This document shows positions 53,828 to 63,637 of a stretch of 64,000 nt of DNA, in pieces. Within the stretch, counting starts at the first letter, position 1. Each line of letters opens with the position of its first letter. A model generated the notes under the pieces. The model saw nothing but the letters and a program-made list of their open reading frames with translations. It ran no database searches and was not told the DNA's origin. This DNA comes from an uncultured delta proteobacterium (GTDB taxonomy: Bacteria; Desulfobacterota; Desulfuromonadia; Geobacterales; Pseudopelobacteraceae): contig CAVYYZ010000012.1 of NCBI GenBank assembly GCA_963772835.1, positions 254,512-318,511 on the forward strand. Reading direction: 5' to 3'. A program made the translations under genes and the position numbers.

Positions 53828-55048
53828 TCAGCGAATACTGTCTTCCGGGTAGGCTCCGATTTTGTGAATAGAAAGATCCGCGCCGCTAAATTCATCTTCC
53901 TGATCAAGGCGGATACCGACTGTTTTGTTCAAAACACCGTAGACGAGACAACTGCTTACCAAAGCAAAAATTATCGCACAAGCACTTCCGCACAGTTGTG
54001 AAATAAAGCTGACTCCGCCAATTCCCCCCAAAAACTTCTGTCCGAAAATGCCTGCGGCAATCCCGCCCCAGGTTCCAATTATGCCGTGCAGCGGCCATAC
54101 TCCAAGGACATCGTCTATTTTGAGTTTTTCCTGTTCAAAATGAAAACCATAGACGAAAATTACCGAAGCAATGCAACCGACGGCAAATGCCCCGAGAGGG
54201 TGCATTATGTCACTTCCGGCACAGACCGCAATCAGGCCGGCCAGAGCTCCATTGTGAATAAATCCCGGGTCGTTTTTGCCGGCAATCAGAGCTGCAATGA
54301 CCCCACCAACCATGGCCATGAGAGAGTTGACCGCAACCAGGCCGGAAATTTTTTCCAGATTTCCGGCGCTCATGACATTAAAGCCGAACCAGCCGACCGC
54401 CAGTATCCATGAACCGAGTGAAAGAAATGGGATGTTGCTGACCAGAATAGGGTGGGATTTGCCGCGCACGAAACGCCCCATGCGAGGTCCAAGAATGATT
54501 ACTGCCGGAAGTGCGATCCAGCCTCCGATGGAATGGACCACCACAGAGCCTGCATAGTCATGGAATTCAGCGCCCCCGATTGATTTAAAAAAAGATTGTA
54601 AGTGGGCAGCATTCTGACCCCAGACAAAGGACTCAAACAGAGGGTAGGTGATTCCTGCGAAGATAGCACCGGCGGTAACCTGTGGCCAGAATTTGGCACG
54701 CTCGGCGATACCACCTGAAATAATGGCGGGAATACAGGCTGCGAAGCAGAGCAGAAAGAAAAAATGGACCAGATCATAACCCTGAGATGTGCCGAGAAGT
54801 TCTCCGGCCGGCTTCAAAAAAGAAATGCCATAGGCAATCGGAAAGCCGAGTACGAAGTAGACGACTGTCGAAACCGACCAGTCGGTGAGTATTTTTACAA
54901 GCGCGTTAACCTGATTTTTCTTACGCACTGTGCCGACTTCCAGGAAAGCAAAGCCTGCGTGCATCGCGAACACCAAAACAGAACCCAACATGAGAAATAA
55001 AACATCAGCGCTACTCTTTAGACCTGTCATCGTTGACATGGTTTCCAT
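53828..55048 (-). CDS. amt: Ammonium transporter (Amt family)
   Basis: HAGFAFLEVG, ISGGIAER, DYAGSVVVH, GWFGFN and DDVLGVWPLHG; both pore histidines are present. Confidence 0.95.
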   Translation of the reverse strand: METMSTMTGLKSSADVLFLMLGSVLVFAMHAGFAFLEVGTVRKKNQVNALVKILTDWSVSTVVYFVLGFPIAYGISFLKPAGELLGTSQGYDLVHFFFLLCFAACIPAIISGGIAERAKFWPQVTAGAIFAGITYPLFESFVWGQNAAHLQSFFKSIGGAEFHDYAGSVVVHSIGGWIALPAVIILGPRMGRFVRGKSHPILVSNIPFLSLGSWILAVGWFGFNVMSAGNLEKISGLVAVNSLMAMVGGVIAALIAGKNDPGFIHNGALAGLIAVCAGSDIMHPLGAFAVGCIASVIFVYGFHFEQEKLKIDDVLGVWPLHGIIGTWGGIAAGIFGQKFLGGIGGVSFISQLCGSACAIIFALVSSCLVYGVLNKTVGIRLDQEDEFSGADLSIHKIGAYPEDSIR

Positions 55049-55101
55049 ACAGATTACCCCCGTTGGTGTCTGTTGCCCGTCGTTGGGCGAACCAGAATTT
55101 A

Positions 55102-55118
55102 AGCAAGAATGCGGCCAA
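55102..55118 (-). promoter_or_regulatory. sigma54 (-24/-12) promoter of amt
   Basis: Minus strand TTGGCCGCATTCTTGCT, i.e. GG-N10-GC within TGGC..TTGC. Confidence 0.8.
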
Positions 55119-55182
55119 TCAGACTATTCTGGTAACATTCCGATTATATGGGAGATTGTCCTGATTATTCTCGCATGACGGG

Positions 55183-55218
55183 TGCCTTAATAATTGGCAG
55201 CTGCCGATTATTAAGGCA
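55183..55218. promoter_or_regulatory. Tandem NtrC-type enhancer sites (TGCC-N9-GGCA x2)
   Basis: TGCCTTAATAATTGGCA (55183-55199) and TGCCGATTATTAAGGCA (55202-55218), 65-100 bp upstream of the sigma54 site. Confidence 0.7.
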
Positions 55219-55276
55219 AACAGCTGCCCAATGAAGACACTTCCCATTCGATAGGTAAACAGGTAGGATTGTTGTC

Positions 55277-57109
55277 ATGAGCCTCGAAGAAAAGATACTG
55301 CAGTTTCCTGCCTCGCCCGGAGTATATCTGATGCGCGATGTCTCCGGTAAAATTATCTACGTTGGCAAGGCACGAAGTCTGCGGCATCGGGTGCGCTCGT
55401 ACTTTAACCAGTCCGGCGATTCCCGTTACCATGTCAAATTTCTGATGGCCAAGGTTTCAGATATCGATATTGTTCTTACCGATACTGAGAAAGAAGCTCT
55501 ACTGCTGGAAAACACCCTGATCAAGCAGCATCATCCCCGCTACAACCTGAATCTTAAAGACGACAAAACCTATTTTTCGTTGCGGATTGATCCGCGTGAA
55601 GAGTATGCCCGTTTTACGGTTGTGCGCAAGCGTCCCCGCGACGGGGCGCAGTATTTCGGCCCTTATTCCTCCGGCTCGGCGGCGCGGGAAGTTCTCCGGG
55701 AGATGATCAGGATGTTTCCGCTCCGCCACTATCCGCGTGCCACCTGCATGTCCCGATCACGCCCCTGCCTGTACCATCAGATTGGTCAGTGCAGCGCCCC
55801 CTGCCATGGTCTGATAACGAGGGAGGCGTACGAAGTCCTGGTGAACGGAGCGATGCTCTTTCTCGAGGGTAAAGGGAGGCAGTTAGTTGCAGAGTTCAAG
55901 CGACGTATGACCGATGCTTCAGAGCTCATGCAGTATGAAGAGGCCGTACGCTGGAGAAATCTGCTCCGCGCGATCGATGTGACCGTCGAAAAACAGAAAG
56001 CGGTCCTGCGCGGCGGAGACAGTGACGTGCTCGGTTTTTACCGTGATGGCAGCAGAATCGAATTGGCTCTGCTGTTCATTCGCGCCGGGGTTCTCTCGGG
56101 GAGTCACCGGTTCACCGTATCCTGGGAACTGGACGATGCGGCCGCTATTTCTGGTTTTTTGAAGCAGTATTACACCGGTGAGGTTTTTATCCCGGAACAG
56201 ATTCTGCTCCCGCTCGCTATCGAAGACAGGGAGGCGTTAGCCGATCTGTTGGGTGATCTGAAAGGAAGCAAAGTGTCTCTGAGCCTCCCGCATCGCGGCA
56301 CGAAACGCGAACTGGTAGCGCTGGCCGGCAAAAACGCCGCTTCCGCTTTTCGAGAGAGCGATGAAAAAAGCGCGACAGCCGAAGCAGTACTTGTCGAGCT
56401 CTCCCGGCGTCTGCAGTTGACCCGAACTCCTCTCCGGATAGAGTGCTACGATATTTCCACTATTCAGGGGCGTTTTTCAGTGGGGAGTTGTGTCGTGTTT
56501 ACGTCCGGCACGGCAGACCGGAAGAATTATCGCCACTATCGCATCCGAACCGTAGACGGTCAGGATGATTTTGCCATGCTGCGTGAAGTTTTTCTTCGAC
56601 GTTTTCGTGCCGAAAATAGTGAAAAGAGCGGTCTGCCCGACCTGGTTGTTGTCGATGGCGGGATCGGGCAGCTGAATGCTGTGCAGGGGGTACTTGCCGA
56701 GCTTGATCTGACCGGCCGTTTTGATCTGGTGTCGCTGGCCAAGAGCCGTGTTCAGCATGATGTTTCCGGGCTTGCCGTCAATAAAAGTGATGAACGGGTC
56801 TTTCTCCCCGGCAGAAAGAATCCGGTTGTGCTGCGTCAGAATTCAAAGCCGCTGCTTCTGCTTGCGGCTATCAGGGATGAGGCGCACCGTTTTGCCATCG
56901 GATATCATCGTAAACTGCGCGGAAAAGAGGGGATTTCCTCTGGAATCGAAGCGGTACCCGGAATCGGCCCGAAGCGCCGGACTGCTCTTCTGAAGCGTTT
57001 CGGCAGCCTGCGGCGGCTGAGGGAGGCTACGATTGAAGAAATCCTTAGTGTTCCGGGAATGAACCGGACTATTGCTGAGGCTGTTCATAGAGGGCTGCAC
57101 GATGAATAA
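55277..57109 (+). CDS. uvrC: Excinuclease ABC subunit C
   Basis: GIY-YIG PGVYLM..IYVGKA, RIECYDIS, PDLVVVDGG, IRDEAHRFA and HhH. Confidence 0.98.
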   Translation: MSLEEKILQFPASPGVYLMRDVSGKIIYVGKARSLRHRVRSYFNQSGDSRYHVKFLMAKVSDIDIVLTDTEKEALLLENTLIKQHHPRYNLNLKDDKTYFSLRIDPREEYARFTVVRKRPRDGAQYFGPYSSGSAAREVLREMIRMFPLRHYPRATCMSRSRPCLYHQIGQCSAPCHGLITREAYEVLVNGAMLFLEGKGRQLVAEFKRRMTDASELMQYEEAVRWRNLLRAIDVTVEKQKAVLRGGDSDVLGFYRDGSRIELALLFIRAGVLSGSHRFTVSWELDDAAAISGFLKQYYTGEVFIPEQILLPLAIEDREALADLLGDLKGSKVSLSLPHRGTKRELVALAGKNAASAFRESDEKSATAEAVLVELSRRLQLTRTPLRIECYDISTIQGRFSVGSCVVFTSGTADRKNYRHYRIRTVDGQDDFAMLREVFLRRFRAENSEKSGLPDLVVVDGGIGQLNAVQGVLAELDLTGRFDLVSLAKSRVQHDVSGLAVNKSDERVFLPGRKNPVVLRQNSKPLLLLAAIRDEAHRFAIGYHRKLRGKEGISSGIEAVPGIGPKRRTALLKRFGSLRRLREATIEEILSVPGMNRTIAEAVHRGLHDE

Positions 57110-58025
57110 GGTAGAGATGCCCCCGGTTCTATTAACCATTCTCGGTCCAACCGCTTCCGGCAAGACACGACTTGCCGTTGCTCTTGCAGAGGAGCTCGGT
57201 GGAGAGATTATTTCAGCCGACTCCCGTCAGGTTTTTCGAGGGATGGACATCGGTAGCGGCAAGGATCTTCATGAATATGGCTGCGTGCCGTACCATCTGA
57301 TAGATATTCTTGATGCCGGCGGTGAATTCAGTGTCTTCGAGTTCCAGCGCAGGTTTTTGAAAGTCTTTGCGGAGATTTCCACCCGGGGGGTAATGCCGAT
57401 TCTCTGCGGTGGAAGCGGCATGTATCTGGATGCCGCTTTGCGAGGGTATCGCATGGTTGAGGTGCCGTATAACGATTCTTTGCGCGCTGAATTGGCGTTG
57501 AAAACTGATGTCGAACTGGTGGAGGAATTGCGCCGTATCAAACCGGATCAGCATAATAATACTGATCTGCTGGATAGGGAGCGTACCGTCCGGGCAATCG
57601 AAATTGCCTATGGAGAGACCGATGTTCGCTCAGCCTGTGCGCCACGCCCCGGGATACAGGCAGATGTACTGGGAATCTATTGGGAGCGTGAAGCGTTACG
57701 TCGGCGCATAACGGATCGTTTGAAAGAGCGCCTCGATAACGGTATGGTTGAAGAGGTGCAGCATCTGCATGCCAGCGGCATACCATGGGAACGGCTCGAT
57801 TATTACGGACTTGAGTACCGGTATGTGGGGGCATATCTCCGCGGCGATATGAATAGAAACGATATGTTTCAGCGGCTGAACAGTGCGATCCATGATTTTG
57901 CCAAACGTCAGGGGAACTGGTTCCGGCGGATGGAGCGGCATGGCGTCGTCATAAACTGGATTAAGGGAGCAGGAGATCAGATTGAACAGGCGAGAGATGT
58001 TATTAAAAAAAAGTTAGGTCGTTGA
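57102..58025 (+). CDS. miaA: tRNA dimethylallyltransferase
   Basis: GPTASGKT, IISADSRQV..MDIG, GGSGMY and FAKRQ..WF. Confidence 0.93.
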   Translation: MNKVEMPPVLLTILGPTASGKTRLAVALAEELGGEIISADSRQVFRGMDIGSGKDLHEYGCVPYHLIDILDAGGEFSVFEFQRRFLKVFAEISTRGVMPILCGGSGMYLDAALRGYRMVEVPYNDSLRAELALKTDVELVEELRRIKPDQHNNTDLLDRERTVRAIEIAYGETDVRSACAPRPGIQADVLGIYWEREALRRRITDRLKERLDNGMVEEVQHLHASGIPWERLDYYGLEYRYVGAYLRGDMNRNDMFQRLNSAIHDFAKRQGNWFRRMERHGVVINWIKGAGDQIEQARDVIKKKLGR

Positions 58026-58124
58026 TATATTTTTCTTGACATTGATTACGCGCTGCTGATACTTTACAAAAAGTTCGGATATTTCCGGATAAAATCATTA
58101 AGAAGAATCAGGAGAAGTAAGCAC

Positions 58125-58325
58125 ATGGTAAACGGAACAGTAAAATGGTTTAACGACAGCAAGGGTTTTGGATTTCTTGAGCAGGAAGGTGGCGAAGATG
58201 TATTCTGCCATTTCTCCGCAATCGCAGGCGAAGGTTTCAAATCCCTTGCAGAAGGCGATAGAGTAACTTTTGAAGTAACTAAGGGTCCGAAAGGGCTTCA
58301 GGCCGCGAACGTAACTAGAATTTAA
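58125..58325 (+). CDS. Cold-shock domain protein
   Basis: [14 protein letters not shown] (RNP1), DVFCHFS (RNP2) and [10 protein letters not shown]. Confidence 0.97.
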   Translation: MVNGTVKWFNDSKGFGFLEQEGGEDVFCHFSAIAGEGFKSLAEGDRVTFEVTKGPKGLQAANVTRI

Positions 58326-58347
58326 GGTCTGCTTCATTCCAAACCCG

Positions 58348-58379
58348 AAAACCCCGGAGACTTTCCGGGGTTTTTTTTT
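58348..58379 (+). terminator. Rho-independent terminator after csp
   Basis: AAAACCCCGGA-GACTT-TCCGGGG followed by a T9 tract. Confidence 0.9.
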
Positions 58380-58437
58380 GATCTAATTCACCCAAAATAA
58401 TTCAGCTCGGAATAAACTCAAATGAGAAATTTCAAAA

Positions 58438-58764
58438 TCACCCTCCCATCTTAAGAGACATTCCGGTGGTTATCAGATAATGGTAAGCTGTATCAAGAAT
58501 GATAATCTGCAGGAGATAGATTGCGGCAAAAGCGACCAGAGGAGAAAGATCCAGCATGCCGGTATCCGGCATGTGCCGACGGATTCGGCGCAGAACCGGT
58601 TCTGTAACTCGATAGATAAAATTAACGATTGGATTGTAGGGATCCGCATTAACCCAGGACACTACAACACTGGCCAGCAGAATGTATTTGTAGAGCGTTA
58701 ACAGGCCGCCGGCTATTTCGACCAGCTTAGCCAGCGCCATCAGTATATTTGCAAATAGAAACAT
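58438..58764 (-). CDS. yggT: YggT family membrane protein
   Basis: SWVNADPYNPIV..VTEPVL..IRR..LDLSP. Confidence 0.92.
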   Translation of the reverse strand: MFLFANILMALAKLVEIAGGLLTLYKYILLASVVVSWVNADPYNPIVNFIYRVTEPVLRRIRRHMPDTGMLDLSPLVAFAAIYLLQIIILDTAYHYLITTGMSLKMGG

Positions 58765-58923
58765 CTGCCTGCCCCCGAAGTACAGATTATAAACGGGGTA
58801 ACTATGCCTTAATGAACCGGAAAAGTCAAAATAGAAACGGCTTTAACTCAGTACAGTCCGGAATTATCGGTTGTTAAAATACATAATAAAATATTTTGCT
58901 TACGACAACAGGGGAAACTGGTT

Positions 58924-59244
58924 ATGAACAAAAAGCTGACAGCTCTTCTCCTTTCTGCCCTGGTTCTGCCGGGACTCGGGCAGCTTTATCTCGGCCGTAA
59001 AGCGGTTGGCGGGATCATTATAGTACTCATCAACCTGGTGCTGTTGCTGGCGCTTTTTGTGCTGCTACGAGGGCTTTCACCGGTGATCGCTTCACAGATT
59101 GCCGGCGGAGCGATCAGCATAACGCCATCCGAAGTAATGAAGTCTCTTGACGGAACCGCCGGCTTTGGCAAAGCTGTCCTTGCAGCTTTTTTAGTCCTGT
59201 GGATGTATTCCGTTGTCGATATACTCAGATATAAAGCAGATTGA
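58924..59244 (+). CDS. Small hypothetical membrane protein
   Basis: LLSALVLPGLGQLYLG motif, TM helices and C-terminal WMYSVVD. Confidence 0.75.
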   Translation: MNKKLTALLLSALVLPGLGQLYLGRKAVGGIIIVLINLVLLLALFVLLRGLSPVIASQIAGGAISITPSEVMKSLDGTAGFGKAVLAAFLVLWMYSVVDILRYKAD

Positions 59245-59357
59245 CTGGTTGAGATCTCGTGCCGATCTTGACAAACAACGTTATTTTGTGAGATAAATAA
59301 AAATCTTTATTTAAAATGAAATTCGCTCACTTTAGTGCGGGCGGAATCGGGGAAACA

Positions 59358-60341
59358 ATGATCATATCAAAAATCATCGGAAGTGGCTCATGCCTGCCGG
59401 ATCGGGTGATACCAAACAGCCATTTCGATTATCTGGTTGAAAATGCGGACGAGTGGATTTTTTCCCGCACCGGCATTCGCGAGAGACGCTTTGCCCACGC
59501 CGATCAGGCAACCTCTGATCTTGCAACTGTTGCCGCAAAAAACGCTCTTGAGGCGGCCGGCATTGACCCCTCAGAGATCGACTGCATAATTGTCGGCACA
59601 TCAACGCCTGACATGAGCCTTCCTTCAACTGCCTGTATTGTCCAGGAGAATATAGGTGCTAAAAACGCCTTCGCCTTTGACATCAACGCCGTCTGCTCCA
59701 GTTTTGTCTACGCACTCGAAATTGCCGACAACTTTATCAAGTGCGGCAAATACAAGACCATAATGGCCATTGGCGCAGATACGTACTCCAGAATTCTTGA
59801 CTTCAACGACAAAAACAGCTGCTTTCTCTTCGGCGACGGTGCCGGTGCAGCCATTCTGAGAAGCGGTGGTGACGTCACCACAGGAATTCAACACACCTAC
59901 ATGCGCAGTGACGGCGCGGGGTGGCCACTGATTCAGGTTCCCTCTTCCGGTTCGCGTAAGCCGGTTTCGCCTGCATCAATTGAGGCCCGTGAGATTTTTT
60001 TCCAGATGGCCGGCAAGCAGGTCTACGTATTTGCAACCGATGTAATCCCGGACATTATCAATACCCTCTGCGCGAAAGCGGGTATTACTTCGGATGATCT
60101 GGATTACATTATTCCGCATCAGGCCAACGTGAGGATGATCGACTTCATCTCCAAAAAGAGCGGTTTCCCCAAGGAGCGCTTCCTGCTCAACCTTGACCGG
60201 TGCGGTAACACCTCAGCCGCCTCGGTGGCACTGGTGCTGGATGAAAACCTGCGCAACGGTACGATCAAGCCGGGTCATCTGGTTCTGGCCATGGGTTTTG
60301 GCGGCGGTTTGACCTGGGGCGGCCTATTAATCAGGTTTTAA
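59358..60341 (+). CDS. fabH: Beta-ketoacyl-ACP synthase III
   Basis: WIFSRTGIRERR, catalytic Cys (NAVCSSF), FGDGAGA, HQAN, GNTSAAS and GFGGGLTWG. Confidence 0.95.
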   Translation: MIISKIIGSGSCLPDRVIPNSHFDYLVENADEWIFSRTGIRERRFAHADQATSDLATVAAKNALEAAGIDPSEIDCIIVGTSTPDMSLPSTACIVQENIGAKNAFAFDINAVCSSFVYALEIADNFIKCGKYKTIMAIGADTYSRILDFNDKNSCFLFGDGAGAAILRSGGDVTTGIQHTYMRSDGAGWPLIQVPSSGSRKPVSPASIEAREIFFQMAGKQVYVFATDVIPDIINTLCAKAGITSDDLDYIIPHQANVRMIDFISKKSGFPKERFLLNLDRCGNTSAASVALVLDENLRNGTIKPGHLVLAMGFGGGLTWGGLLIRF

Positions 60342-61415
60342 TCCGCCAATGCCTTCGCCGGTTTCTACCGGCTTTAAACCATATAATTTAAAAGATGCCC
60401 GCAGAACACTCTGCGGGCATTTCTGTTTCCACCCTCCGTGAAAACTATCTGCAGACAGCAGGAGCCCGCCCGGCGCCAGCATTAGTGCCAGATTACCCAC
60501 CACCCGGTCTACATATTCTTTTTCATGGATAAGCGGTCCTCCTAAAAGTCCATTGCAGAGTATCAGATTGAATGGTCTGTTCTCAATGCCCTGTGTACGG
60601 TTATGTCCCCTGAAAACGTCATGGTACTGTTGCGGCACGTTCAAAAGATCCTGGCAATAGAAGCGTATGTTGCGGTCGTATGGCCGCTGAAAAAGAGTAG
60701 AGGTAACATCCCTCAAATGGGCTTCGCGGAGCATGCTGTGCGGAAAACGACGATATGTGGCTGCCCAGACCTCCAGTGGCTCCAGCGTCCACCCCTCGAT
60801 CCGGGTTTTTTCCGGCGAAAGCTCCTGTTCTGACAGCAGGAGAGCCAGCCCGTAGGTGTCCTCACCGGCACCGCAGGCGGCGTCGAGACAGCATAGTTCA
60901 CTCGGAGAACCTTTTTTTAACCACTCCCGGATATAATTCTGTTGTCCTGGATAGCGTCCGATACCTCCATAGAAGCGATCCGGTAGGAAGGAGGCAAACA
61001 GAAACCGCGATAGCAGACGATCATCAGCCAGCAAACATTCCATAAGCCGAGCCGGATTGGCACTGAACTGGAACTGTGCCGGCAGAGTTGCGAATGTATC
61101 TGCCCAGCTCAAGGAGTTGTGAAACGGCGAACTGGATAGTATCGGCGGGTAGGTCAGAGCCGCAGAGTAGAGGTTATAAAAGACAGTGGTAATATCAGCA
61201 ATAGGCAGGTAGCGTTCGCATTGAATACGGATTTCAGGGGTGACAATCAGCCCCGGAGCGGGGAGCGGCATGTGGCACGTTTCAGCATAGACCCTGAAGA
61301 GGGTATGCAGACGGCGGATGGCGTTTTGGAAGAGGCCCTTATCAACTGAAGTCGTCAGAGCGTTCAGATCATCGGTTTCGCTTTTGGAGCAGAGTCGTGG
61401 CGAAACGGCGTGCAT
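60327..61415 (-). CDS. Divergent CheR-like SAM-dependent methyltransferase
   Basis: CLDAACGAGEDTYGLA and FNLILCNGLLGG..LAPGGLL resemble CheR motifs; the N-terminal half is unrecognised. Confidence 0.65.
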   Translation of the reverse strand: MHAVSPRLCSKSETDDLNALTTSVDKGLFQNAIRRLHTLFRVYAETCHMPLPAPGLIVTPEIRIQCERYLPIADITTVFYNLYSAALTYPPILSSSPFHNSLSWADTFATLPAQFQFSANPARLMECLLADDRLLSRFLFASFLPDRFYGGIGRYPGQQNYIREWLKKGSPSELCCLDAACGAGEDTYGLALLLSEQELSPEKTRIEGWTLEPLEVWAATYRRFPHSMLREAHLRDVTSTLFQRPYDRNIRFYCQDLLNVPQQYHDVFRGHNRTQGIENRPFNLILCNGLLGGPLIHEKEYVDRVVGNLALMLAPGGLLLSADSFHGGWKQKCPQSVLRASFKLYGLKPVETGEGIGGLKPD

Positions 61416-62494
61416 CAGTACATACGAATCGGATGGTACAGAGTATCCCGTTCAACAGGGGTTTTTCCGGCCTTTCTGATCAGGAGGATGATGCCCTCTT
61501 TTGTCAAAGATTGCGGACTCTTGGCTCCGGCGTCATGGCCGATTTTTTCTTCGACGACAGTGCCATCCAGGTCGTTTACGCCGAAAGCCAGTGATACCTG
61601 GGCGATCTTCTCGCCCAGCATGATCCAATATGCTTTGATATGGTTAAAGTTATCCAGGAAAATCCTCGCAATTGCCAATGTTTTAAGATCATCGAGGCCG
61701 GAGGTTCCTTTAATATCGAGTTTCAGATCGGAGTTCTCGGCCTGAAACGCCAGCGGGATAAAGGCTTGAAAACCGCCGGTTTCGTCCTGCAGAGTCCGCA
61801 GCATCTCCATATGTGATACCCGATCTGCAACAGCCTCAACGTGCCCGTAGAGCATGGTGGCGTTGGTTTTCAGACCGGTCAGATGTGCAAGACGAATGAT
61901 CTCCAGCCAGCGTGCACCGGAAATTTTCTCCGGGCAGATTTTCTGCCGGACTTCTTCAATCAGAATCTCGGCACCTCCACCCGGCATGGAGCCGAGACCG
62001 GCACTGATTAGTCGCTCAAGAACACTTTCGATCGTCAAGCCGGAAATACGGGAAAAATACTCAATCTCCACGGCGGTAAAGGCTTTTATATGAAGCTTCG
62101 GTGCTGTGCGGCCGATAGCCTGCAGCGTCTCTTCGTAGAACTCAAAAGCCAGATCGGGGTGCAGCCCCCCGACGATATGCACTTCGGTGGCTCCTTCTCC
62201 CTCAGCGACATGGGCCATTCGGCAGATTTCGTCCAGTGCCAGAGTGTAGGCACCATCCTCGCCGGCGGTTCGTGAGAAGGCGCAAAACGCACACCGATTG
62301 ACGCAGACGTTGGTCGGGTTGATGTGGCGGTTGACGTTGAAAAAAACGTGTGTGCCGTTTTTACGTTCGTTTACCAGCGCTGCCAGAGCGCCGATCCCGA
62401 GCAGGTCGTTGGATCCGAAGAGAAACAGCGCTTCGTCAGCGGTGATGCGCTGACCGGCGTGAACTTTTGCTGATATGGTTTCGAAGGTTGTCAT
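61415..62494 (-). CDS. mqnE: Aminofutalosine synthase MqnE (radical SAM, CofH/MqnC/MqnE family)
   Basis: NRHINPTNVCVNRCAFC, EVHIVGGLHP, PGGGAEI, HIKAYW and DLDGTVVEEKI. Confidence 0.9.
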   Translation of the reverse strand: MTTFETISAKVHAGQRITADEALFLFGSNDLLGIGALAALVNERKNGTHVFFNVNRHINPTNVCVNRCAFCAFSRTAGEDGAYTLALDEICRMAHVAEGEGATEVHIVGGLHPDLAFEFYEETLQAIGRTAPKLHIKAFTAVEIEYFSRISGLTIESVLERLISAGLGSMPGGGAEILIEEVRQKICPEKISGARWLEIIRLAHLTGLKTNATMLYGHVEAVADRVSHMEMLRTLQDETGGFQAFIPLAFQAENSDLKLDIKGTSGLDDLKTLAIARIFLDNFNHIKAYWIMLGEKIAQVSLAFGVNDLDGTVVEEKIGHDAGAKSPQSLTKEGIILLIRKAGKTPVERDTLYHPIRMY

Positions 62495-62572
62495 GAGATG
62501 GAGTCTACGAAAAACTGACGGCCAGTGCAAGCGGAAAGCAGATGTATGTGTCATGCAGTGAGGGATGGCGCA

Positions 62573-63550
62573 TCAGAAAAGATCCTGCTGCCGCCCAGTG
62601 TAATTATCCTGTTTCCGGTGTATATCTTTCCTGATCTCGATCATTCCAGCGAAGCGGTCAATGAGAGCTGGGCTGTACGCGTAATGCCTCTGGCAGTTGC
62701 TTTCAATGATATTCCCGTTGAAATTGGCGTAGCAGTAAGCACACCTGAAATGGCAGGTGTTGTAGGCACCCATATCCACTGACTCGGCACAGCGGCAGCT
62801 TTCCCGCTGGTTTCTGTCTTTTCCGGCTGCAGCAGTGACGTCGAACAGCCTTCTGACAAGGCCGCCGTCAATGCAGGCTCCATGCGGGATGCCGTGGTCA
62901 CCCATGTCCACATCCTCGCTGCAGGAGAATATCTGCAGAGCATGGCTGTCGGCAATCTCCTTGAAGCCTTGTGAAATCAGTTCCATCGACTTTCTATGAT
63001 CGAATGCAGTTATATCGTCCAGAGAAATGCCGGTGCCCTTCAATGCCGAGAACAATCTCCCCTTCCCTTTGCCGTAAAAGTCGTAAAAGCTGAACATGAG
63101 CCGGCGGGTGGAGTCCTTCAATTTGCAGGCTATCCGCGCGGCCTGTTCCAGATGCCATGAGACTGGTGTAATGCTGGTGAGAATGACCGGATCATAGCGC
63201 CACACCACCCGTTCCGGACCGATGCGACCTGCCAGTTCGATCATCGTTGCGATGCGTTCCTGCAACGATGGTACGTTGGGTTCGAATGTCCTGTCGTAGG
63301 GGTTAAGGGTAAACTGGAAGTAGTACTTCAGCCCTCGCTCATCCAGTTCGTTCAGGTGCTTCATAAGAGGTTGTGGGTTCTTGGTCCAGAAGCAGATGGC
63401 CTCGACATCTTCCGGTTTAAGGCTGAATCCGGTAACCTGCTTGCTGTTGAAAGGATTGACCCGGTAGAAGTATCCTTCCCGTACCCGCTTCATGAACCAG
63501 TCGGCATAGAAAGCAGGTATGTCTGTGCGTCTGCTGGCGGAAATAATCAT
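62573..63550 (-). CDS. DUF1848 family protein
   Basis: MIISASRRTDIPAFY..WF, FWTKNP, WRYDP and C-terminal DMGAYNTCHFRCAYCYAN. Confidence 0.9.
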   Translation of the reverse strand: MIISASRRTDIPAFYADWFMKRVREGYFYRVNPFNSKQVTGFSLKPEDVEAICFWTKNPQPLMKHLNELDERGLKYYFQFTLNPYDRTFEPNVPSLQERIATMIELAGRIGPERVVWRYDPVILTSITPVSWHLEQAARIACKLKDSTRRLMFSFYDFYGKGKGRLFSALKGTGISLDDITAFDHRKSMELISQGFKEIADSHALQIFSCSEDVDMGDHGIPHGACIDGGLVRRLFDVTAAAGKDRNQRESCRCAESVDMGAYNTCHFRCAYCYANFNGNIIESNCQRHYAYSPALIDRFAGMIEIRKDIHRKQDNYTGRQQDLF

Positions 63551-63637
63551 GATTTATTACCCGGTCTCAAGAACCAATGTGATGGAACAGTTCCGGTCGC
63601 CGTGCTGTTTCAAATGTTTCGGTGAATATGCTGTCAG

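Noticed and set aside
63551..63637. Possible LexA/SOS box upstream of DUF1848 (also checked near radC and uvrC)
   Set aside because: No convincing match to a known LexA motif was found.
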